A DNA stretch of 32,000 nucleotides from Deinococcus radiodurans R1 = ATCC 13939 = DSM 20539 (GCF_000008565.1 NC_001263.1:311865-343864), one strand, 5' to 3'. Numbered from the stretch's first letter, positions 1-11,531 are shown. The notes: a model not told the origin generated them from the letters alone. Numbers and translations are program-made.

Positions 1-495
<495 letters not shown>

Positions 496-500
496 TAAGC

Positions 501-1455
<955 letters not shown>

Positions 1456-1456
<1 letters not shown>

Positions 1457-2073
1457 TGGCGCAGATCAACGTCATCGGGCAAAACGGCGGGCGCACCATC
1501 GAGCTCCCCCTGCCCGAGGTGAACAGCGGCGTGCTGCACGAAGTGGTGACCTGGCAACTCGCCAGCCGTCGCCGCGGCACCGCCAGCACCCGGACCCGCG
1601 CTCAGGTAAGCAAGACGGGCCGCAAGATGTACGGCCAGAAAGGCACCGGGAACGCCCGTCACGGCGACCGCAGCGTTCCCACCTTCGTGGGCGGCGGTGT
1701 GGCCTTCGGTCCCAAGCCCCGCAGCTACGACTACACCCTGCCCCGTCAGGTGCGTCAGCTCGGTCTGGCGATGGCAATTGCCAGCCGTCAGGAAGGTGGC
1801 AAGTTGGTTGCGGTGGACGGCTTTGACATCGCCGACGCCAAGACCAAGAACTTCATCAGCTGGGCCAAGCAAAACGGCCTGGACGGCACCGAGAAGGTCC
1901 TGCTGGTGACCGACGATGAGAACACCCGCCGCGCCGCGCGCAACGTGAGCTGGGTCAGCGTGCTACCGGTGGCCGGCGTGAACGTGTACGACATCCTGCG
2001 TCACGACCGCCTGGTGATCGACGCGGCTGCCCTCGAAATCGTGGAAGAAGAAGCCGGGGAGGAGCAGCAGTGA
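1456..2073 (+). CDS. rplD: 50S ribosomal protein L4
   Basis: [12 protein letters not shown]...GTGNARHG... L4 signature; operon position. Confidence 0.96.
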
Positions 2074-2357
2074 GCCACTACGACATTCTGCAGGCGCCCG
2101 TGATCAGCGAAAAGGCCTACTCGGCCATGGAGCGCGGCGTGTACTCGTTCTGGGTGAGCCCCAAGGCCACCAAGACCGAAATCAAGGACGCGATTCAGCA
2201 GGCGTTCGGGGTGCGGGTCATCGGCATCAGCACCATGAACGTGCCGGGCAAGCGCAAGCGCGTGGGCCGCTTTATCGGTCAGCGCAATGACCGCAAAAAG
2301 GCCATCGTGCGTCTCGCCGAAGGCCAGAGCATCGAGGCCCTGGCGGGCCAGGCCTAA
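2070..2357 (+). CDS. rplW: 50S ribosomal protein L23
   Basis: GTG start overlapping the rplD stop; [16 protein letters not shown]... L23 family. Confidence 0.95.
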   Translation: MSHYDILQAPVISEKAYSAMERGVYSFWVSPKATKTEIKDAIQQAFGVRVIGISTMNVPGKRKRVGRFIGQRNDRKKAIVRLAEGQSIEALAGQA

Positions 2358-2370
2358 GGAGATTTGAGAC

Positions 2371-3198
<828 letters not shown>

Positions 3199-3209
3199 GG
3201 AGGGTCGTT

Positions 3210-3897
<688 letters not shown>

Positions 3898-3898
<1 letters not shown>

Positions 3899-4643
3899 TG
3901 GGTAACAAGATCAACCCCAACGGCTTCCGCCTCGGCGTGACGAAGGGCTGGAACAGCCGCTGGTACGCCGGCAAGAAGCAGTACGCCAGCCTGCTCAAGG
4001 AAGACGAGCAGATCCGTCAGCTGATCAACAAGAAGCTGGCCGCCGCTGGCATCGCCCGCATCGAAATCGAACGCGCCGGCCAGCAGGTCAACGTGATCAT
4101 CTCCGCCGCCAAGCCCGGCGTGGTGATCGGTAAGGGCGGCGAGAGCATCAAGGAACTGCGCGGTGACATCGAGCGTCTGGTGTCTGCCGGTACGGTGGCC
4201 GTGAACGTCGCCGAGATCCCCAACCCCAATATCAGTGCCCCGCTGGTCGCCCTGCGCATCGCCGAGCAGATCGAGCGCCGCTTCGCGTTCCGCCGCGCCA
4301 TGAAGCAGGCCGCGCAGCGCGTGATGGAGTCGGGCGCCCGCGGCGTCAAGGTGATCCTCAGCGGTCGCCTCGGCGGCGCCGAGCAGGCCCGCACCGAGAA
4401 GGTGCTCGAAGGCCGCGTGCCCCTGCACACCCTGCGCGCCGACATCGACTACGGCACCGCGCTGGCCCGGACTACCTACGGCATCCTGGGCATCAAGGTG
4501 CTGGTGTTCAACGGTGAAGTGATCGGCGGCAAGACCGAAACCTTTGCCCGTCCTCAGCGCCGTGACCGCGACGAGCGCCGTCCTGAAGGTGGCGACCGCC
4601 CGGCCCGCCGCCGTCCGACCGCGCGCCGCCGCACCGGAGGTGA

Positions 4644-4647
<4 letters not shown>
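3898..4647 (+). CDS. rpsC: 30S ribosomal protein S3 (Arg-rich C-terminal tail)
   Basis: [13 protein letters not shown]...KH-domain [11 protein letters not shown]; TAATG overlap with rplV. Confidence 0.97.
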
Positions 4648-5058
<411 letters not shown>

Positions 5059-5072
<14 letters not shown>

Positions 5073-5262
5073 GATGCGTAACCTGCAGGCCACCGATTTC
5101 GCCAAAGAAATCGACGCCCGCAAGAAAGAACTGATGGAGCTGCGCTTTCAGGCGGCGGCGGGTCAACTGGCCCAGCCCCACCGCGTGCGCCAGCTTCGCC
5201 GCGAAGTGGCCCAGCTCAACACCGTGAAGGCCGAGCTGGCCCGCAAAGGGGAGCAGCAATGA
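5059..5262 (+). CDS. rpmC: 50S ribosomal protein L29
   Basis: [30 protein letters not shown]...; 14-nt overlap with rplP. Confidence 0.95.
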
Positions 5263-5549
5263 AAAAGACCTTTACGGGCGTCGTGGTGAGCGACAAGGCC
5301 GACAAGACCGTGAGCGTCAAGGTCGAGCGCCGCTTCGCGCACCCCCTGTACGGCAAGGTCGTGACCCGCAGCCACAAGTACGCGGCGCACGACGAGAACA
5401 ACGAATACAAGATCGGTGACCGGGTGGAAATCATCGCGGTGCGCCCCATCAGCAAGACCAAGACCTGGAAGGTCACCAAGCTGATCGAGCGTCCCCGCGG
5501 CATCGAAACCACCCTCGCTGAAACCGAAGTCGCCGGAGGTGAAGCATGA
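5259..5549 (+). CDS. rpsQ: 30S ribosomal protein S17
   Basis: [33 protein letters not shown]... Confidence 0.96.
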   Translation: MKKTFTGVVVSDKADKTVSVKVERRFAHPLYGKVVTRSHKYAAHDENNEYKIGDRVEIIAVRPISKTKTWKVTKLIERPRGIETTLAETEVAGGEA

Positions 5550-5950
5550 TCATGCCTCAGTCCCGCCTGGACGTGGCGGACAACAGCGGCGCGCGCGAAA
5601 TCATGTGCATTCGCGTGCTCAACAGCGGCATCGGCGGCAAGGGCCTGACCACCGGTGGGGGCGGCAACAAGCGTTACGCCCACGTCGGTGACATCATCGT
5701 CGCCTCGGTCAAGGACGCGGCTCCCCGCGGCGCCGTGAAGGCCGGCGACGTGGTCAAGGCCGTGGTCGTGCGCACCAGCCACGCCATCAAGCGTGCCGAC
5801 GGCAGCACCATCCGCTTTGACCGCAACGCCGCCGTCATCATCAACAACCAGGGCGAGCCCCGCGGCACCCGCGTCTTCGGGCCGGTGGCCCGCGAGCTGC
5901 GTGACCGCCGCTTCATGAAGATCGTGTCCCTGGCTCCGGAGGTGCTGTAA
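5546..5950 (+). CDS. rplN: 50S ribosomal protein L14 (with Gly-rich insertion)
   Basis: [25 protein letters not shown]...[12 protein letters not shown]. Confidence 0.96.
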
Positions 5951-6297
5951 TGCCCCGTCCTAGCGCTGGCAGCCACCACAACGACAAGCTGCATTTCAAG
6001 AAGGGTGACACCGTCATCGTCCTGAGCGGCAAGCACAAGGGTCAGACCGGTAAGGTGCTGCTCGCCCTGCCCCGCGACCAGAAGGTCGTCGTGGAAGGCG
6101 TGAACGTGATCACCAAGAACGTCAAGCCCAGCATGACCAACCCTCAGGGCGGTCAGGAACAGCGCGAGCTGGCCCTGCACGCCAGCAAGGTGGCGCTGGT
6201 GGACCCCGAAACCGGGAAGGCCACCCGTGTCCGCAAGCAGATCGTCGACGGCAAGAAAGTGCGCGTCGCGGTCGCGAGCGGTAAGACCATCGACTAA
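5950..6297 (+). CDS. rplX: 50S ribosomal protein L24
   Basis: ...[23 protein letters not shown]... KOW motif; TAATG overlap with rplN. Confidence 0.95.
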
Positions 6298-6305
6298 ACC
6301 ATTCA

Positions 6306-6401
6306 CTCGGGTCACCCCATGACGCCCCAGCTCTTGGGGCTTCAACGTCTCAATACGGGGGTGACCTGAGCGGCGCTGGCTGAAACACTGCCAGACCGCT
6401 C
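6306..6401 (+). promoter_or_regulatory. Structured RNA element (two abutting long hairpins) in the rplX-rplE spacer
   Basis: Hairpin a: 6306-6318 pairs with 6358-6370 over 13 bp, with an inner hairpin 6324-6329/6335-6340. Hairpin b: 6368-6373/6396-6401 plus 6376-6380/6390-6394. The element ends just before the rplE SD (aagga, 6403-6407). Confidence 0.55.
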
Positions 6402-6415
6402 GAAGGAAAAATGCC

Positions 6416-6958
<543 letters not shown>

Positions 6959-6986
6959 TCGGTTGTAGGGTCTCAAACAAAGTCTT

Positions 6987-7018
6987 AAAAGAGGAGTCGC
7001 TCAAGCGGCTCTTTTTTT
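6987..7018. terminator. Bidirectional intrinsic terminator (end of ribosomal operon and of the convergent minus-strand gene)
   Basis: 7-bp stem gagtcgc (6994-7000) / gcggctc (7005-7011) with loop tcaa. Flanked by aaaa (6987-6990) and a T7 run (7012-7018). Confidence 0.8.
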
Positions 7019-7059
7019 ATGGCCCGTCGAAGAGGCCCCCAATCACGGGAGCCTTCTGG

Positions 7060-7704
7060 CTATTCCTGATTCTCGGCAATCTGTTTTTGCGCCTGTTTCA
7101 GCAGCCGTGCGGCCCGCTCCTGCCCTTGCTGTGCCAGCTCGTCGCGGTGGGCTTGCAGTGGGGCTTTTTCCTCTTCGGAGAGCCGCAGCAGGTTGATGTC
7201 CACCGTGAGCAGGGCGGCGTCTATGGCTCCGCGCAGCAGGGCAGCGCCCGCACCGATATCGCTGACGACTTCGGCGTGAACCTCGGTAACGGTGCCCTCG
7301 GCTTCGGTCAGCGCTTGCACACACTGCGTCGCTATTTCCAGCGGCGTGGCGCGGGCAGCTTCACCAGCGGCGGCCAGAGCATCGGCGCGGGCCTGCTGCT
7401 CCTCGTCCGAGTCCTTGGGCAGCTTGGTGGCGTCCACGAACCTGCGGAAGACAGCCACATCCTCGTCGGCCAGCGCTTGCAGGCGGGCCTGGATAGTCTG
7501 GAGACGGTCTAGCGTCGCGCTCAGCTCGGGGGAGAGGTCCTGGCTGGCCTTGCGCGCCTTGTTGCGGCTGATGGTCAGCGCCATGCTCAGCAGGCCGACA
7601 CCAAACGCGCCGCTGAGGGCAGCGATGCTCCCGCCCCCGGGCGTGGGCTTGTGGCTGGCGGTCGCTTGGAGCAGGTCGGCGGCGGTCTGGTCCCACAGGG
7701 TCAT
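7060..7704 (-). CDS. Cyclodeaminase/cyclohydrolase family protein (formiminotransferase-cyclodeaminase C-terminal-like, FTCD_C)
   Basis: N-terminal ...SHKPTPGGGSIAALSGAFGVGLLSMA... is the typical FTCD_C/FchA motif. All-helical, 214 aa. TAAACT lies 6 nt upstream of the ATG. Confidence 0.8.
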   Translation of the reverse strand: MTLWDQTAADLLQATASHKPTPGGGSIAALSGAFGVGLLSMALTISRNKARKASQDLSPELSATLDRLQTIQARLQALADEDVAVFRRFVDATKLPKDSDEEQQARADALAAAGEAARATPLEIATQCVQALTEAEGTVTEVHAEVVSDIGAGAALLRGAIDAALLTVDINLLRLSEEEKAPLQAHRDELAQQGQERAARLLKQAQKQIAENQE

Positions 7705-7761
7705 AGGGGCAGTTTAGGCAAAAGCACAAGCCCAAAGAATACAGGCACGAAAGAACCCAGG

Positions 7762-7805
7762 CACAAAAGAAAGGGGGGCAAAGAGCCGTCGCTGGCCCTC
7801 TGCCC
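7762..7805 (-). terminator. Intrinsic terminator of mdh
   Basis: On the minus-strand RNA, a 12-bp stem (7794-7805 with 7776-7787, two G-U pairs) with loop 7788-7793. Followed by a cccuuucuuuug tail. Confidence 0.8.
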
Positions 7806-7825
7806 TCCTATTTCTCAGTGCTGTC

Positions 7826-8818
7826 TTACTTGACGAGGCCGAGCTTGCGCACTTCGTCGCGTTCTTCTTCGAGTTCCTGGGCGGTGGCGTCCATCTTGCC
7901 GCGGCTGAAGTCGCTCACGTCCAGGCCCTGCACGATTTCGTACTTGCCGTCCTTGACGCGCACGGGGAAGCCGTAGATCAGGCCTTCGGGGATGCCATAG
8001 GAGCCGTCCGAGGGAATGCCCATGCTGACCCATTCGCCGTCTTTGGTGCCGAGCGCCCAGTCGTGCATGTGGTCGATGGCCGCCGACGCCGCCGACGCCG
8101 CGCTGCTCGCGCCACGGGCTTCGATGATCGCCGCGCCGCGCTTGGCGACGGTGGGGATGTAGTCGTTCTCGTACCAGGTGCGGTCCACCTGCTCGAGCGC
8201 GGGCTTGCCGTTCACGGTGGCCTGCGACAGGTCAGGGTACTGGGTGGAGGAGTGGTTGCCCCAGATGGTCACGTTCTTGATGTCGCTGACGGCGGCGCCG
8301 GTCTTCTCGGCGAGCTGCGACAGAGCGCGGTTGTGGTCCAGACGCACCATGGCGGTAAAGCACTTGGGGTCGAGGTCAGGAGCGTTTTGCTGAGCGATCA
8401 GCGCGTTGGTGTTGGCGGGGTTGCCCACCACGAGCACCTTGACGTTGCGGCTGGCGACGGCGCCCAGCGCTTCGCCCTGCGGCTTGAAGATGCCGCCGTT
8501 GGCGCCGAGCAGGTCGCCGCGTTCCATACCGGCCTTGCGGGGCATGGCGCCCACCAGCAGGGCGTAGTCGGCGTCCTTGAAGGCCACCATCGGGTCGTCG
8601 CTGGTGATCACGTCGGCGAGCAGCGGGAAGGCGCCGTCGCGCAGCTCCATGACCACACCGTTGAGCGCCTTGAGCGCGGGAGTGATTTCGAGCAGTTGCA
8701 GGATGACGGGCTGGTCCTGGCCGAGCATGTCGCCGGCGGCAATGCGGAACAGCAGGCTGTAGCCGATCTGGCCGGCAGCGCCGGTGACAGCCACGCGGAC
8801 GGGTTGTTTCATCGTCAT
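7826..8818 (-). CDS. mdh: Malate dehydrogenase (NAD-dependent)
   Basis: [29 protein letters not shown]... Rossmann motif; 330 aa; SD aggaggg 6 nt upstream of the ATG. Confidence 0.96.
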   Translation of the reverse strand: MTMKQPVRVAVTGAAGQIGYSLLFRIAAGDMLGQDQPVILQLLEITPALKALNGVVMELRDGAFPLLADVITSDDPMVAFKDADYALLVGAMPRKAGMERGDLLGANGGIFKPQGEALGAVASRNVKVLVVGNPANTNALIAQQNAPDLDPKCFTAMVRLDHNRALSQLAEKTGAAVSDIKNVTIWGNHSSTQYPDLSQATVNGKPALEQVDRTWYENDYIPTVAKRGAAIIEARGASSAASAASAAIDHMHDWALGTKDGEWVSMGIPSDGSYGIPEGLIYGFPVRVKDGKYEIVQGLDVSDFSRGKMDATAQELEEERDEVRKLGLVK

Positions 8819-8953
8819 GGGTATCCCTCCTGAGGATGGTTTTACGACTCACCATACCGTGCCGAGGCGCCCCGGAGGCCAGCAACGCCCGCGCCGCCGC
8901 GTTCCTGTGGGGGAGACAGGCGAATGCTCGGAGAGCGGGTGAGCCTGGAACGC

Positions 8954-8987
8954 AAAAAGGCCCGCCGACCAGTTGCGGTCAGGGGCC
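8954..8987 (-). terminator. Intrinsic terminator of ddrD
   Basis: Minus-strand hairpin ggccc-cugacc...ggucgg-c-gggcc (8959-8987), followed by a U5 run (plus-strand A run 8954-8958). Confidence 0.8.
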
Positions 8988-9004
8988 AGGATGCTAGAAA
9001 AAGC

Positions 9005-9601
9005 TCAGGCTGCCGGGGTGTTTTCGCCGGCCTCGCTCGCTTCGGCGTTGGGCTGGGGCGCATCCTCGGTGCGGACGGCTTCGGGTTCGGCGCTGCGGCG
9101 GGGACGGGCAGGGCGCTCAGTGCTGGCGCGGTCATGGGTCGCGCGTTCGCTGGCAGTGCGTTCGGCGGCAGTGCGCTCAGCGCGGTCGGTGCCGGGGCGT
9201 TCGGGGCCAGCCGGGTCGGTGGGCGCGGCGCTGATGCGGGCCAGCGTGTCGCCGAAGGCCCGCAGCGCTTCGCTGCCTTCGAGTTCGGCCACGGCGCGGG
9301 CGTTGAGCGCGGCGAGGGCTTCCCGGTTCACGGCGTACTCGGGCGCCTCGTAGCCTTCGAGCTGCCCGAGCACGCGGTAGGCGGTGGCGGCGTCAATCGT
9401 TTCGCCCTTGCTGGTGACGACTTCCGGCGCCGTCATGGATTCGCTGCCGATCAGGGTGATTTCCCCGGCGCTGATCAGCATGGCCCGGTCGCCGCGCTCC
9501 TTCATGTACGCCGCGAGTTGCAGCAGCCGCCGCAGGTCGAGCATCGAGTGAAAGAGGTCGAGGTGGGCGAGCATCGTTCCAGCTTTTTTCAGGGTATCCA
9601 T
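9005..9601 (-). CDS. ddrD: DNA damage response protein DdrD-like (structured N-terminal domain plus disordered ER/TA-rich tail)
   Basis: Assigned from three things: its position next to mdh (from memory, DR_0326 follows DR_0325), the RDRM operator in its promoter, and no similarity to any enzyme family I recognise. C-terminal half is low complexity (RAERTAAERTASERATHDRASTER). Confidence 0.65.
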   Translation of the reverse strand: MDTLKKAGTMLAHLDLFHSMLDLRRLLQLAAYMKERGDRAMLISAGEITLIGSESMTAPEVVTSKGETIDAATAYRVLGQLEGYEAPEYAVNREALAALNARAVAELEGSEALRAFGDTLARISAAPTDPAGPERPGTDRAERTAAERTASERATHDRASTERPARPRRSAEPEAVRTEDAPQPNAEASEAGENTPAA

Positions 9602-9607
9602 AGCTCT

Positions 9608-9635
9608 ATTATTCTGTTTTTAGCAGAATTGTCAA
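9608..9635 (-). promoter_or_regulatory. ddrD promoter (leaderless-type)
   Basis: Minus strand: TTGACA (9635-9630), a 16-17 nt spacer holding the RDRM, then AATAAT/ATAATA (9613-9607). The A of the ATG (9601) lies 6-7 nt downstream. No SD. Confidence 0.7.
9612..9628. promoter_or_regulatory. Radiation/desiccation response motif (RDRM), predicted DdrO operator
   Basis: TTCTGTTTTTAGCAGAA is a 17-bp palindrome (arms TTCTG/CAGAA). It fits the published RDRM consensus TTMYGYNNTNNRCRKAA at every constrained position. Confidence 0.85.
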
Positions 9636-9662
9636 GAAGATTCTTGAAATGTGAAGGCGAGT

Positions 9663-9717
9663 CAGGAGAGGGGCGCAGCCGCCAACTGGCCTGCGCCCCT
9701 CATCTCCTGAGTTTTTT
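9663..9717 (+). terminator. Intrinsic terminator oriented for the plus strand (long hairpin plus T6)
   Basis: 10-bp stem 9669-9678/9691-9700 plus 6-bp stem 9663-9668/9704-9709 (3-nt bulge), then ag + tttttt (9712-9717) on the plus strand. The minus-strand side has no U tract. Confidence 0.6.
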
Positions 9718-9727
9718 AGCCCTGCAC

Positions 9728-10905
9728 TTACTGCACGCTGCTGCGGGCCGCCAGCGTCAGCTTGACACTGATATTTTTGCCGCCGCGCAGCACGCTCAGG
9801 GTGATGGTGTCGCCGGGGGCGTAGCGGCGCACGGCGTACTGAAAGTCGCTGAAGTTGTAGACGCGCCGCCCGTTGACCGCCGTCACGATGTCACCGCTGA
9901 TCAGGTCGCCCTTCTCCGAAAGGCGCAGGGGTTGCAGGCCCGCCTTCGCCGCCGGGCTGCCGGGCACCACGCGGGTGAAAAAGGCCCCGGCGGTCTTGCC
10001 CAGTTTGCTTTCCACGAACGCCTGCTCGGGCAGGTTGGCGAGCAGACTCCACTCGCCTTCCAGACTGATGCCGATGACGGCGGCGTCCCGCTTGACCCCG
10101 CGCCGCAGCTCGGCCACGCGGGTATCGTCGACGGTCACCGGCACGGCGTAGGCGTGGGCTTCGACATCTTCTTCACGCTCCCCGGTGCTCTCGAAGCGCA
10201 CGTAGCTGACCACCCCGGCCACCTCGCCCGCGCGGTTGATGATGGGCCCGCCACTGTCGCCGGGCACCAGCGGGGCGCTGAGTTCCAGGGTGCCGGGGGG
10301 GAAGTCGGCGCGGCCCGCCTCGCTGCGCAGGGCCGTGAAGCGCCCGACCTTGGGCCGCAGGTACTCGCCGCCGCCGTTGCCGATGGCGAGCGCGGCGTCT
10401 CCGAGCTTGGGCGTGCTGCTCGCCAGCGGGAGGAAAGGCGTTCCCTTCGGCACGCTGACCCGGATGACGGCGAGGTCGTTCTGGTCGTCGTAGCCGACCA
10501 CCTTGACCGGGTAACGGTTGCCGTTGCTGGTGCGGGCGCTCAGGGCGGGGGCCTGAAACACCACGTGATAGGCGGTGAGTGCAAGTCCGTCCGCGCTGAT
10601 CAGAAAGCCGGTGCCGATGCCGTCAGGCTCAGTGCAGTCGTTGACCGGGCACTGCTCGATGCGGACGTGGCGGGGCGCAGCTTGGTAAAGAGCGCTTGCA
10701 GGGCGGCATTTTCCTGCGCCGTGAGCGGCTTGACCGGCAGCCGCTTGGGGGGAGTGGCCATGGGCAGCGCAGTGCGCGGGCTCGGGGCCGCCGGGGGGGC
10801 AGTCTGGGCCTGTGCCCCCCACCCGGCGCCGAGCAGCGTGGCGCCGGTCAGAAGGCCCAGCAGCGTGACCTGAAGACCCGTAAACTTGGGGGACATGCGC
10901 GCCAT
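9728..10905 (-). CDS. HtrA/DegP-like trypsin-family serine protease with C-terminal PDZ domain; reading frame interrupted near 10664-10672
   Basis: Protease/PDZ frame (9728-10822) has His (LTAYHVV), Asp (NDLAVIRV), Ser (GDSGGP) and PDZ ([14 protein letters not shown]...GDIVTAVNG). The signal peptide ([34 protein letters not shown]) is in a different frame (10600-10905). Confidence 0.8.
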
Positions 10906-10987
10906 TGTCCTGCGCTCAGGGCGGGAATTCTGTGTGTCGGCTCTCTGTCGGCCTGAGCGGCGGGCGGGTGGTCTAGAGTGCGGCTCT

Positions 10988-11410
10988 ATGGTCCCACTGC
11001 TCCCCGTTTTCGTCTACGGCACCCTGCTTCCGGGCGAGCGCAACGCCCACATCGCGGCGCAGGGCGGCGAGTTCACGGTGCGCCCCGCCACGCTGCGCGG
11101 CTTTCGGCTCTTCGACCTGCGGCCCGAGAGCTACCCCGGCATCGTGCCGGGCGCGGCGGACGACCTGATTCACGGCGCGCTGCTGACCTACGGTCCCGCC
11201 GACTGGGAGCAGGCGCTGGCGTTGCTTGACGAACTCGAAGGGGTAGACGAAATGCCGCCGGTCTACACCCGCGAGCAGGTGCGGCTGACGCTGGAAGGGG
11301 GCGAGACGCTGACCGCCTGGGTCTACGTGTACGCCCTGGCTGACCGGCTACGGCAGACGGGCGCGGTTCTGGTGCCGGAGGGCGACTGGCGCGGGGTCGC
11401 GGACCGATAA
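10988..11410 (+). CDS. Gamma-glutamylcyclotransferase-like (AIG2/GGACT family) protein
   Basis: [19 protein letters not shown]... YGTL motif and length (140 aa) typical of the family. Start chosen at ATG 10988 rather than ORF start 10886. Confidence 0.7.
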   Translation: MVPLLPVFVYGTLLPGERNAHIAAQGGEFTVRPATLRGFRLFDLRPESYPGIVPGAADDLIHGALLTYGPADWEQALALLDELEGVDEMPPVYTREQVRLTLEGGETLTAWVYVYALADRLRQTGAVLVPEGDWRGVADR

Positions 11411-11413
11411 AGC

Positions 11414-11521
11414 ATTTGACAGAAAAAGACACCCTCACCCCTTGCTTCGCAAGGCCCTCTCTGCGGGGCAGCTCTTCGAGTCCCATCAAGGTAGAGGGTC
11501 AAAGACAGACCATTCTGTCAA
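11414..11521 (+). repeat. Small intergenic repeat, copy 1 (Deinococcus SNR/MITE-like)
   Basis: Terminal inverted repeat tttgacagaa (11414-11423) / ttctgtcaaa (11512-11521). The core from ccctcacccc (11431) onward matches copy 2 at roughly 85 percent over about 90 bp by hand alignment. Confidence 0.8.
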
Positions 11522-11531
11522 ATACTCTAAG

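Noticed and set aside
496-500. Possible L4-responsive S10 leader upstream of rpsJ
   Set aside because: The tuf stop and rpsJ ATG are only 5 nt apart, which leaves no room for a leader structure. rpsJ is simply co-transcribed with tuf here.
6319-6369. 16-codon mini-ORF ([16 protein letters not shown]) inside the rplX-rplE hairpin
   Set aside because: No SD. The start codon sits at the end of a 13-bp stem. It is most simply a by-product of the palindromic sequence and would need Ribo-seq support.
8924-10873. 649-aa plus-strand ORF covering the ddrD and htrA-like region
   Set aside because: Ala/Gly/Arg-rich translation with no motifs. It is antisense to two ORFs that have clear domains or signals. 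This is the typical shadow ORF of high-GC DNA.
10886-10987. Longer N-terminus for the GGCT-like gene (ORF start 10886)
   Set aside because: The extension ([34 protein letters not shown]) does not look like part of the family. ATG 10988 gives the canonical VFVYGTL N-terminus and has a -10-like hexamer upstream.
11506-11522. RDRM-like half-site ttctgtcaaatactcta at the edge of repeat copy 1
   Set aside because: Only the left arm (TTCTGT) fits. The right arm does not match RCRKAA, so it is not a palindrome.
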